From contig JBEWZL010000127.1 of the NCBI GenBank assembly GCA_045837725.1, forward strand, positions 248,001 to 312,000: DNA of 64,000 bases, read 5' to 3'. The stretch is from Vermamoeba vermiformis. Its lineage: Eukaryota. The translations under genes and the position numbers were made by a program. Positions 27,234-39,736 of this stretch are shown here, piece after piece (within the stretch, counting starts at the first letter, position 1; each line of letters opens with the position of its first letter). The notes beneath the pieces are model-generated. The model was not told the origin of the DNA. It worked only from the letters and a program-made list of their open reading frames with translations, and ran no database searches.

Positions 27234-29984
27234 ATGGCCGAAAAGAAGGAGGTAGGCATTGATTTTTTATTTGGTATGTTTGGCTGACACGCGAATCTAG
27301 ATTCTACAAGGCTTTCTCAAAAAGCAGGGCGAGAAGGGCTTATTCAAGTCTTTTAAAGTGCGCTGGTTCTCCTTCGAAGAAAATGAAGGCAAATTGTATT
27401 ACAGTAAGCGCTCATTGAACATTTAATTTAATTCAATTTCACTTCAATCACAAAAAGATTTTTTTAATTGATTGAATTTTACCGTTAAATAGGACCTCAA
27501 AATGACAACTCTGAGCCGCTTGGATTTGTCGATATTGCAAAGTGCGATTCGATCAAGGACTCGAGAGAAAATAACGCGCAGTTCTTCATCCAGATGCCAC
27601 ATGCTTTGGTAAGAAATTCACCGAGATCAAAGCGTTGGTGTTATGTAGTTAATCAATTAAATGATTATAGGGAGGCAGGATCTACAATTTGCTGGCCAAA
27701 AATGAAGAAGAGCGAAAGTAAGTCCCCAACTGATACTAAAAATATTCTAAAATTGAAAAATGGTTACCTATGCATGATTATACGTGATTCATGCAACGGA
27801 GCCACGAGAATTAATTTTGGACGGGATCCGTAAAAATCTACTCCGTGGATCGAGTGTAACAGCTCAAATCGAGTACAGGTCCTAATCATAACGCTTTTTT
27901 TAGCTTTTGGATGTCTAGTCTACAGAAATATAAGGACAAACTCCAATTAGACGTGCTTTTGAAGTTTTTAGATTCAGATGACTTCGAAAAGCAAGTTGCT
28001 GCCATTCGCAAATTTGGAGAAGTGCTTAAAAACCGTAAGAATAAGACATGCGTAATAGTATATAAGTAATCTAACGATTTAATATAGTGCACAATGTGGA
28101 TCAATTTACACATTTGGTGAATTTGATAAAAGGAGAAAAAGTGACAGATCCAGCAGTAAAACGCGAACTTCTTTACGTCATATTCCATAGCGCTACATGT
28201 AAGTACAATAATGTAACAAAATTAATCCGCTTTATACTAAGCAAACTTCAAATCACTTTTTTTACTTTTTTGGATCCGCTACTTGTGAGATTTCGCTAAC
28301 GATTCTATTTTACTGTATTTAGTCCACAAATTAGACACAGTCAGTAGCAAGGACACCCTGGTCGATGAACTTATCAAAACTCTGAAGCGCGAAGCTCAAT
28401 CGAAGAACACGGAGCTACAAGTCAACGCCATGACCTCTTTGCAGCTCTTGGTTGTGAAGCACGGTACGGCTTTATTATTACTATATATGGCAATATATTT
28501 CTAATGTTCTAATAACGTGCAGACTTTGCCGCCGCCAAATTCCTTTCAACGGTCAATCTCGAGTTCTGCACGACGTTTTTGGACAAATCATACAACCCTG
28601 CCATTCAACGCAAAGGCATTCAACTCCTAGTGTACTATTTGCAAAGTAAGTCCTCGTTATTGCCAATTTATGGCGTCATTCTTTGATACCGTAAATGCGA
28701 ATCTACTACAAAACTACATCTTACGGATCTGCTCAATCCGACCGGTTTTTGTCATCAACATTGGCACAAATATGTTTATACTAATTATTTCTTGCATAGA
28801 TCCGGCCAATCAAGCGTACCTCAAAATTTTCAACAAGAAGACGCTGCCGGATGTGATGGAGTTTTTGAACCGCATTGCCGACCAAGAAGAACCCATTGAA
28901 CTCGTGCAAGTGCTGAAATTACTAGCGGTCATGTCCGCTATTGAAGAGTTCAAGCCTTTGATGGCCACCAAAGAGTCTGTCAAAATTTTTATCGACATTT
29001 TGCAACGCCAGTACAAGAGCCCTGACATTAGAGCTGAAATCGGAGTTATTTTTACTAATTTAGCCGTCAAAGGTATGTTTTGTTATTAATATACTCTGAT
29101 ATAGGCAATCGTTTATAGTGTCTGATCTAAAATCGAGATCTGCCGAAAATTCTTCTTTCAGTGAATACGTTAATCGTTGCACTAATTTTTGTTTGCAGAT
29201 AAACTCCGAGAAGTGATTTACGATGTCGGAGGTTTGGGCATCGTCAGTTTCTTGAACCAAGCTGCAAAAGAAACTCCGCCACGCTACGTGTTGTGGAAGA
29301 ACAAAATCATCACCGCGCAAGAAGCTCCCGCGACAAATTTCGACAAAGAATACGCGGCGTTATTTGCCAAAAAAGACATGCCGTTCAAAGAAAAGTTAAT
29401 TGCAATGATGAACATTATGCTCAAACAGAAGCGAAAAGAGTTTGATATTCCTGTTGGCCTAGCGCTCAGCGATATTTTCTTGCCTGACGAACCTATTGGT
29501 GACATGCTCATAGTCAGACCCTATTTTGTCTGTAAGTATCGACCACGGATCCGAAAAAGGTGACACTTTTGACACTTTTGACACTAAAAATTTTTCGCCC
29601 ACTGGTTTCATTCTTGTTGATATCGCAGTTCGCTAGTACTAATGTTATATTAAAGCACAATACGAGCTCTGTGTGGCGTTCAAACTCAATCCGTCAAAAT
29701 TGGGCGGAAAAATCGTCGTCAAGCCAGCGAAGGGCGTCAAAGTCGGTGTGACTGTGTCCGACATTACAGCTGAAGGCCAATTGGTCGTTGGTTTGGACCC
29801 GGACTCTTTGTCTCCGTCGTGGATCGCGTTCAAAGAAATGCCCAAGTTCAGTTTCAAAGTGTCAGTTACAAACTTGTCAATTTCCGTCGAGAAATTGTTG
29901 AAGAAGTTCGTCAAGATGGCTATTAAGCAGGTGTTTTTGTACCCGAAGAAATTTTTCATCGGTAATGCTGCCGGTGGCTTGTAA
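27234..29984 (+). CDS. PH domain + ARM/helical repeats + C-terminal SMP/TULIP-like domain protein
   Basis: ILQGFLKKQGEKGLFKSFKVRWF (PH); helical middle; WIAFKEMPKFSFKV...LLKKFVKMAIKQVFLYPKK resembles an SMP C-terminus. Confidence 0.65.
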
Positions 29985-30028
29985 AATAGTTTTAAAAAAT
30001 CTTCTCGAAATTTATTTTAATGTTAAGA

Positions 30029-31524
30029 CTACAAGCCAGCAATTACTAAGTACGCTAAAGCACCAGTAACTGACATTACAGATGCGCTGCTTACAGTACG
30101 ATGAGGAACAGTCGATGGCTTGGACGGTACATCGGTTGAAGGTTCAGTTGGCAATTCCGTCAAAGGGCTCGTTACTGGCGCAGTGGGAGGAACAATACAC
30201 GGCACGGTTATTTGACAAGACGTCTTGAAGGCACCTCGCTCAAATCCAACGGTGACCAACATCGTTGCATTTTCGCTAGTTGAATTGAGAATTGACACTT
30301 GGTCAAATCCGTTGCAAGGGTTGTTGATGGTGTAGAGGCTGGTGTCGATTGTACTGTTTTCGCACGACGATTCGAGTTGACTGGACGTGCACGTGACATC
30401 CATGGGTTCCAGAGCACAGATAGGCAGTGCGAGGAAATTAGTGTTGTACGAGTATGTAGTGCCAATACGAGCTCCGTTGGATAAGATGAGGCTGTCATTG
30501 GTGAGAGCCATGCCAACACCCACAATGCTAGGTGTCTCGGCTGATATTTGGGCAGTGTTGACCCAAGCGTTGTTTTGGCGTTCAAACAGCAATGCATTTC
30601 CAGAATCGTCGTTTTGGATGCCCAAGATCATTGCGTTTTGATTGAGTGAAACGAATGACAGTGCAGAAGTACGGGAAGCGATTGTAATATTTTGCTTCAC
30701 CCATTGTCCTTCGATTTTTGTAAATATGGAGAAAGTGTTGTACAGGTATGCTTGGCTGAATACTACAGTGTCAATGCTGTTGTAGTACATGTACATGAAC
30801 GATGAAACAATGGAGGAATCAACGGTAAATGTGTCAGTTTGTGTCCAAGAGCGGTCAGCCTGTCGAGTAAAGAAGAAAACTTGGCCAGCATCGTTGATGT
30901 ACGTGAAGTTGGTGTCGTCGATCCAATGCGCTGTCGCAGGATAGCTGTGAGAAACTCTGTTGGGAGCTGAGAAGCCGGGGCCATCGTACCACGTGAAGTC
31001 CGTGTCGTTGAACAGCAATGATTCAAAAGTGCCCTGGTCGAAGTTGTAATAGAAGATTGTGTTGTCGGAAAGGAGTTCTGCCATGTAATTGGATAGAGTA
31101 TTCTGCGTTATGTTAACGGGGTTGTCCATCTCGTCCAATTTAAAAATCTTCACGGCAGCGTAGTATCCGTCTCGAAAAAGGCCGCCAAACCATTCGCCAT
31201 TATTGTACGCATTCCAGCTATCGCTCATTGAAGCTCCAGTTGGCACAGCGGCTACTTGGACGTATTCGCCTTCTTTCATTCTGAAGACGATCCAATGCGG
31301 GTCAGTCTCCCCATCCGGAATTCCCCTAGTAACCAACATGTCTCCTTGTAAAGCAAGGGCAATTGGCTCAGATCGATCCATTAAAAATGCCCCACTGACA
31401 TTTCTCGCTTCCAACGTCTGCATGGATGAGTAATCAAATCGGTTACAGTTGATCATCAACTTACTATAATGCTGGCCTGAGAAACAGAGCAAACGGCAAA
31501 TAAAATTACGAATAGTTTGAACAT
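30029..31524 (-). CDS. Secreted/GPI-like beta-rich surface protein with Cys module and Pro/Thr stalk
   Basis: Signal exon MFKLFVILFAVCSVSQASII spliced (GTAAGT...CAG) onto the long ORF; C-terminal SSASVMSVTGALAYLVIAGL is GPI-signal-like. Confidence 0.75.
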
Positions 31525-32188
31525 TTGAGGTGGATCGATGCTGCATTCAATTCAATAAAGTTTAAAACGGCGTATTTTGCGTTTAAATGCTTTTCTCTTG
31601 CACGTGCAAATCTCCTGCTTGATCTCGGATAGTGTTCCGATCGAGATAATATACTGATTTGTGTTGTGGCACGTGCTTTTAATAATTATTTTTGCATTAA
31701 AACCCGAAAGGTCATCTCCACCCTAGACAGGATTATCTTTTAATTGTGTAGAAGATTGGTCAACATTACCAAAACACGAAGATTGAAAAACCGGAAAAAA
31801 AAAATGAAATGCCTGCAAGGGAGGTATACCATTGAACTTCAGTAATGCTTTGCGATTGCCAGCGAAAGATGTACAGGTGTGATGCTGTTATTAGCTAAAC
31901 TATTTAGCGAGATTTTTTTCTGATTTAATAGTATTTAGCAATGGCCATTTTTTCTGAATATTCCGCACAAGTAAACACTGTAGCATTTGTGTTCGTCTAC
32001 TTGCTCGAGTAGATTTGATGTTAGGGCGTTTAAAAGAAAAAAAAAACATTTTTTTTTCTCAACTATTTCACATCCGCTCAGTGCACAATGCGAAATTTGT
32101 AAGTACCAATCGGCCTGTCATTTAGCATTATTTTAAGCAAAATTAAAGGTAATCGACCACTAACTTCCAAAACTCGCCCACACGTTAA

Positions 32189-32781
32189 ATGAATCAACCA
32201 ACTTCAGAAGAAACTGTCCGTAGGTTCTAAATTATTTTAATGTAATTATATTATTGTAACTCTTCAATTATAGTGTACTGCACCGTCAGAGGAGGTTTTG
32301 CTAGCCTTCCTACCTTTGCAGTAAAAGTAGGACCGCTCGGAATTGTACGTTATTCACATTTATTATTGTACAAGGCGTTAATACATGCTAATAATTATAG
32401 TAGAATCCACGTAAGCTAGTAGATGAAATTAGCGAACAGACGAAAGAATTTTATAATCTTCGTGTGCCAGTGAAATTGACAGTTAAAGGGCGCAATTACA
32501 CTATTGAAGTGCAGCCTTCAGTACCTAATTTAATAATTAAAGCATTGAATGAACCAAGGCGGATTAAAGGCCGACATTACGGCGACGTTTCACTGAACGA
32601 TCTCATCCAGATCGCAAGAATTGTGAGGCCAAGATCGTTGTCGGCAACTTTTGAAGGAACCCTGAAAGAAGTCATTGGAAGTGCGAAGGCTGTTGGTGGT
32701 ATAACTGTGAATGGAGGAATGTCGGCGTTGGAATTACTCAAAGCAATCTCGTCCGGTGAAATAGAAATTCCTAAAGAATAA
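32189..32781 (+). CDS. RPL12: Divergent 60S ribosomal protein L12 (uL11) paralog
   Basis: Three exons: YCTVRGG...KVGPLGINPRKL...VKLTVKGR...PSVPNLIIKALNEP...IARIVRPRSLS...GTLKEVIGSA. Confidence 0.8.
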
Positions 32782-33004
32782 ACCGAGTTTAACCCAATAT
32801 GACGCCTTTGTTATAACCCTTCCACGCCACATGTTGCAACTATTCAGATGAGGCGGACATTAGAATTTCAACGGACATTTTTGTGTCTATCAGAATATCA
32901 CTGACGTGCTCCGAGATTCATCTGGACACCTGCGAGATTGATCTAGCTAGTAAGAAGCTGTAATCGTCTGTCGATTCTATTAACAAAAAAATTTACAAGT
33001 GTCA

Positions 33005-36000
33005 TTATACAAGCTCCCGAAGGAAAGTTTCAATCAAATTTTTCAAAACGTTGCTCGTCTCCAGCTGTTTGCTCTTAAATTTCGTTCCTATTATAGGAGA
33101 CGTGTCATATTTAGACATCCACGCTTCGATAATCGATCTTTCGTAGATTTGACTGTCACTCGCAAACACTGGATCCGACAAAAGCTCCCCACTTAGCGAA
33201 CAGAAAAACTCGCTTGGCATTCGATCTTTGAACTTCTTAATCTTCGTCATATTATCTACATTCTTAGCCTTGAACCGTTGTATGGCCATACTCATTGGAG
33301 ACTACGAAGAAGAAATTAACAATATTGTAAACCTCTTTAGGTAAGTGTTTTAAAATTCATAAATTTAGAAATATATGTGCGGTAATAGTACTCACTTGCT
33401 TGTCGGCCTTTTCAGCACTCAAATCGACTTTGAGTTTCTTCTTCAAGGCTCGATCATCTTTACGCAGCTTATCCAACTTGTACTCGAAGTCCGTCTGAAG
33501 CTGCGGAACATCGACTTGCAGAAAATGAGTCATATCTTCTTCGTCGAGGTATAACAACTCTTCGCCTGCAATCTACAAATGCAAAGTGGTCAGATCCAGA
33601 TTCAGGCCGAAAATCTATCGATTCTTACTTGTTTGACTTTGCAGATCGGTATCAAATGTGATAAATTGTTCTCCTGGAGCCATTCAATTACTTGCTCGTT
33701 GCTCCAGGCTAACACTCCGACAGGTGAACGATAAATATTTTTCTTCTTGGCGATTAGATCTATCGTCGAGATTAACTGTTTTGATTCTCGGAACGTGAAG
33801 TTAAATAGCGATACTAATTTCGTGCTATTTAACTCAACTACTTTGGCTCCTAACGATTTGACCCGTCAGAAAAATTGTGTCAAAATTATTTCGGTGAAAC
33901 GAAGGGAGACTTACCTGTCATTTGGTTCGATATGAAATTATGAATATGATGTTTGAGTCCTATTTCTTTGAGTAGCTGGCAAACTTCATTGGTCTCCCAA
34001 GTCCTGAACGGCTTTTCTTTCAAAATTGCTTTAAATGCGGTGTATGCCGTTGCTTCTTTTGCGCTGCTTTCAGTGAGGTTCTCTAGCTGCATTGTAATCT
34101 TCGCCTTCTTCAAATTATTCAACTTTGTATGTTTTTCGTTCTCAGCCATGTGCTTCTCGGTCTCTTTTTCTTTCTTGACCAAACCAGTCAACTTCTCTTT
34201 GGCCGCTTTCAACTTCTTTTCGAGCTCCTCAATGTCTTTCAGCGTAGTTTCTTTGTCCTTATTTATCGAGGCCAATCGTTCTTCGTGCTGTTTGTTTTCG
34301 TTCGATAATTTTTCTTGCGCTTCGTTGAGTTTTTCGCCGGATCTGATCAACGACAGTTGAATCAACGAATTGATAAATGCAGTCGTTGAATAAGAGAACG
34401 TTGCCTTGAGTTTCTCTTGCGAGATTGATTCAGCTGTTTCTTCTTCGACCAATTTGGCAAGTCCTTCCCAATCTTTCTTCAACACCAAGGTTTCGAACAC
34501 GATCTTCGAGAGGGACTGGGGGCCTTGATTGGCTTGTTCCTGCAGTTGAATCCTTCGTACCACGTAGTTGTGGCTGTCAGTCACATACAAAAATCCCTCA
34601 CGGCTCACAGCCACGCCGAAAGGAAAGTTCAATTTCGGGTAATGAATCACGCCATTCGATACAGACTCGCACCAACCTGACGCTTCGGAGATCGTTGAAA
34701 CTTTGCAATCGTTCGCGGAGAACTTCCGAATACTTTGGTTGAATGTGTCGCTGATGAAGAGGTTGCCTTCACGGTCGATTGTGATGCCAAAGGGTCGCTT
34801 GAACCTTGCTTGACTCGCTTCACCATCGATTGAACGTGATTGGCCAGCCATGCCTAATGTAAGTCAGTCTTTGAAACTATGGTATCATATAAGTAGGTCT
34901 CACCCGCTATCGTGCTGACTTCGCCTTTTTTAGAAATTTTTCGGATGGTGTTGTTGTAAGTGTCGCACACGAATAAATTGCCATAATAGTCGACAGCAAT
35001 GCCCGAGGGATGATTAAACATTGCGGTCTCGTTAGTGGTGGGATTGCTGTCGCGGCTACCAGGCTGACCAGCTGTGCCTGCCACTGTAGTTACGTCGCCT
35101 TGCGGAGTGACCTTTCTGATCACGTGGTTCATTTGATCCGTTACGAAAAGATTACCGTCGAGATCTACAGCAAGATCCTGCGGATGATAGAATTTTGTAG
35201 TTGCGCCAGGTCCGTCGATATAACCTGAAAATAGTCATTAGCAAATTATTATGATAAATGATATTTGAGTAATTTATCCGAGTATCCAACAAATAACTGC
35301 AATGCTTTAACTTCGCATACCTTTCCGACCAGGAACGCCAGCTACAGTCGTAACTTCACCTTTTGAATCGATTTTTCGAATCGTGTGGTTAAAATAATCG
35401 CAAACGAACAAGTTTCCGAAAGGATCGGCGACTATTCCGTGCGGGTGATTGAACCGAGCTCTTCGGCCAGGACCATCTGACTTGCCACTATGTCCTATTA
35501 AATAATTAATTAATTAATATCAAATGCTCGTAGAGCACAAGACTTGTCCTGGTGCCGTAACAATGTCCAGCGTACTGCATGGAGATCTCCTTTAAAGAAT
35601 TATACTTGTCACAATTTATAAGATGATTTCGTAGCAATAAAGAAACCTAAGAAGGGCAGACAAATTTTTAATTCCAAAAATAGAATTTAGGGTTACCTGG
35701 AGATCCGGCGATCGTGGTAACGAGTCCTTCCGGCGTGATTTTGCGCACAACGTGATTAAAATAGTCGCAAACAAAAACATCTCCCTCCGAATTCGTCGTT
35801 ATTCCACTGGGGCAATTGAACCGAGCTTGATCGCCTTGGCCGTCATTGAATCCGTATTGTCCAGCAGCACCAACAAAAGTTGGTACGTCCTACAATAAAT
35901 ATTTATTAGACAATTAAATTAAAATTACAGTTCTACTGTAATTACAGTTCTAATATCGATAAACTGCCTAAAATGGAAACTGAAAGGATCAAAAGAATCC

Positions 36001-36492
36001 GCACGTCAAGCGAAATTTTGTTAATTAATGCATTAAAAATATGTGAATAATTCAATTGCATCAGAAATAAATAATTCGCTTGGGTTCTTTCGTTACCAAA
36101 CATAGATCAACTAAAATATTGATTTACCGCCGCACTATGCAAGTAATTGGTTTCATATCTATTGGATAGTCCGCATAGTCGTAGGCAGTTTGTATGTAAT
36201 CAATTATAATATTAACGAAGGTACTGCGCTTGGATGTGAGGAATTTAAATATTCTAAAGCTTCTCAGAGCAGTCATACTATTTTAGTGTATAAAATACAG
36301 CGATAAATCATAAAAGTAGTGAAAAGAATCAATTCTTACCTCCGTGCCCGCTCCCGGTCCGTCCATCACCTTTTCATCCAGAAACTGCGAGCCAGTTAAG
36401 CCCTTTTTGATATTGTTGTGATATACAGCAGTTCTTTGCGCCAAATTGGACTCTTGTTGCACAAGTTTGAATTTTATATCGCAGACAGACAT
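33005..36492 (-). CDS. NHL-repeat + coiled-coil + SAM + U-box E3 ligase
   Basis: Repeats ARFN.P.GI..D..GNLFVCD..NH.IRKI; coiled coil; SAM-like WETNEVCQLL and WSNEQVIEWL; U-box PSEFFCSLSGELLSDPVFASDSQIYERSIIEAW. Confidence 0.85.
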
Positions 36493-36815
36493 TTAATTTT
36501 ATTTCTGTTTTACCTTTTATGATTTAAAAAACGTTAAATTTCCATTTAAAACTAAAGCGCTATAAGTACTCTTATTAGCACCGAATTACTACCTTGAATA
36601 CTAAGCAGCCTCATTCTGTCGTTTCGTTGTGACAGAGATTTTGTGAATAAATTTATCAAATAAAATAATTTATACAAGCGTTGCTCAAAAAGGTTTGACA
36701 ATAGTACTGCATATGGTATAATGATATAGGTACTAACATATCGTCACGCCGATTTAATTATAAACAGATGTGTTACCAGGATCCACAACTTGACAGGTCT
36801 GGAATAAATTCAATA

Positions 36816-39420
36816 TTAATGGTCTTTCCATTCTCCTCCTTCAAACTCGATGAAATTCTTCAGCATTTGCATGCCAAAATCAGTTTTGATAGACTCTGGA
36901 TGGAACTGCACGCTTTCCATGACGTATTTCTTATGACGAATTCCCATTACTACGCCACGGTCTGCAGTCTTAGAAGTGATTTCAAAGCCTTCGGGCACGG
37001 CTTGAACTTCAGCAGCTAAGCTATGGTATCGGATCACATCCACATTTTGTGGAACGTCCTTGTAGATGCCGCGGCCGTCATGAGCTAACGCGCTTGTTTT
37101 GCCGTGTAGTACTTCGCCACAATGAGAAATTTTGCCACCAAATGCCTCTACTATGCATTCATGGCCCATACAAACACCTGTAACAGCGGATTAGATCCAG
37201 AATTAAAACGCTTTGCTTAACTTACCTAAAACGGGCAATTTGCCTGCAAAATGCTTCGCAGCCTCCATAGAGATGCCTATACAAATGCCATGTCAATCAT
37301 CGAGTATTATTATTAATTAACGGAGTAGAATTCGATTTCGCCGAGAATCTTACCCGCATCCTTTGGCCAGCCAGGTCCAGGAGACAACACAACGCTGTCA
37401 GCTTTAACGTTGTCGCACTCTTCAAGTGTGACGTTGTTTCGCAGTACAATGACCTCGCATCCCAGTTGTGAGAGATACTGATAGATATTGTACGTGAAAC
37501 TGTCATAATTGTCAATCAGCAAGATTCGCTTGCCCTTCGAAGCACCAGCAGTAGCAGACTGATTGCCCTTATTCACACGAGGCAGTGTCCTGAGCTCAGC
37601 AAACAGTTCGTTGAATTTAACAGCTGTCTCACTCGGGGCCTTCGGTGAATCTGTGCCTCGGGCCTTTGAGCTTGCTTCAGCCAAATCAATAGCCTTGCTT
37701 GTAGCAGCCATCTTGTTGATTGTTTCCATGTATTCGGCCTCAGGATCTGAGTCATAGACAATGCCCTACAGGTCGGTAAACATCGCGTGTCACAGTAGAA
37801 CAAAACCACTTACGCCTCCAGCTTGCAAGTGCGCCACACCGTCCTTGAATACCAATGTTCTGATAGCAATAGCTGTATCAACTGAGCCGTCAAAGGCAAA
37901 TACACCAAGACCACCTCCATAGACACGACGGCAGTGCGGTTCGAAGCCAGCGATGAGCGACATGGCCTTCAGCTTGGGCGCACCAGTCAAGGTACCAGCA
38001 GGAAAGATCGACCTGAAGGCGTCCAAGCCTGAGAATCCTTCGCGTAAAGTACCAGACACTTCGGAGACAATGTGCATCACGTGACTGAACCGTTCAATCT
38101 TCATCAAAGCATCGACCTTGGTCGAGACTGGGTACGCCACGCGATTAACGTCGTTGCGTCCGAGATCTACGAGCATAATGTGCTCTGCTCGTTCTTTGAC
38201 ATCAGCAAGTAACTCTTCTTCAAGTCTCTTATCCTCTTCTTCTGTGGCTCCTCGTCGACGTGTGCCAGCGATAGGGTGATTTGTCACGACTCCATTGTTG
38301 ACCTAAACCATTAGTCATTGCCGAGCACGTGTGAAATACACCAAACTTACTTTGACCAAGAGCTCCGGCGAAGAACCGACAATGTAGAAATCATTGAGTT
38401 GCACGAAGTAAATATATCGACTAGGATTGAGCTTGCGCAAAGCCTTGTAAATATTATACGGGTGCACACCAGTCTTGCGTGACAATCGTTGCGAAGGCAC
38501 TGCTTGAATGATATCTCCGTCAACGATGTGTTCCTTCAACTTCTTGACCACTTCTCGGTAACCATTGGTGCCCAAATTGGATACTGCATCGTGTCTAAGA
38601 CATTAATCGGTAAGCAAAAGAAATATGGAAGTGACTAACAATAACTTACTTCGTGTTGTCTTGATCTGGCACCTCGTAAACTGTAGGATCCAACAATCGG
38701 CTGTGCAGCTCGTGAATTCGATCCACAGCGAGTTGATATCGCTTCGTAAAGACCTCGTTGTCAGTATCTAATTGCACGAGTGCAGTAATAGATACGCTCT
38801 TATTGTCGTGGTTGAACAAAATGTACGAGTGACAGAACATGAAAAGTGACTCGGGGATGCCCAAAGTATCTACTTGCTTCGATAGTTCGGGAGCCAATAT
38901 AGGCTCGAAGTACTTCATACAGTCGTAGGCAATGTATCCAAAGGCCTAAGTAATTTTTGATCAGTACACGAGGGTTACTAAAATTAGCGTGCGAAGCTTC
39001 GCAAAATAATCGAAGCACCTAGAAGCTAAAACGTTGGTTTTTAGTACTTACACCGCCATTGACCATGCTGGGCTCGTTGATTTTTTTGAGATTATGCTCT
39101 GCTAGTTGATATTTCAACAATTCTGGCTCCAAATAATTGAACGGATCCACGGAAGTTTGAGAATCGACTCCAGAAGTGATTATTTTTTGTGGCTCCGTGC
39201 CAATAATAGAGTATTGAATTTTCGTAGTATTATCCTTGGTGGCAGTTTCAAAAATAAACGAATGCGATCCTCGTCTGACTTTCAAAAAGGCTTCTTCAGG
39301 ACTGAAGCTACCGCCAAGAGAAAATGTGGAAAAAATTGTAACAAATTTTCCAGCTTGATTGGGCTGATTTCTTGTTAGATCGAGTAGCTCGTCAACGCTT
39401 GGTGTAATTTGTAACGACAT
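36816..39420 (-). CDS. trpEG: Anthranilate synthase, fused component I (TrpE) + component II (TrpG)
   Basis: [59 protein letters not shown] continue in frame through a linker into [37 protein letters not shown]. Confidence 0.95.
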
Positions 39421-39736
39421 CTGGTCAAAAATGTTAATTGATATTCATCCACGATACAACCATTATAGTAATATAATATTACGCCGCTAACACGAACTTA
39501 CGATGCTAACCGTAGAAGATCAGACCTGGCACACGGAAGAGGAATCTTACAAGAATGCTTTGTGCACGAATAAGCTAAAAATATAAATGGAGTAGTTCCG
39601 GAACCTTCTCGACAGGTTGCAGTTCCGCACAATTTCTCTACTTACGAAAAATTTTACGAGGTTTCCGTTGTGAATAAAAACTCCTGAGCAGGCACAAAAA
39701 ACCATTATTATCCCAGATCGATCTAAACAACAAACC
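39421..39736. promoter_or_regulatory. Shared divergent promoter region of trpEG and trpAB, including a probable 5'-UTR intron of trpEG (39421-39501)
   Basis: 316 bp between divergent ATGs; minus-strand GTAAG...CAG ends immediately before the trpEG ATG. Confidence 0.55.
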
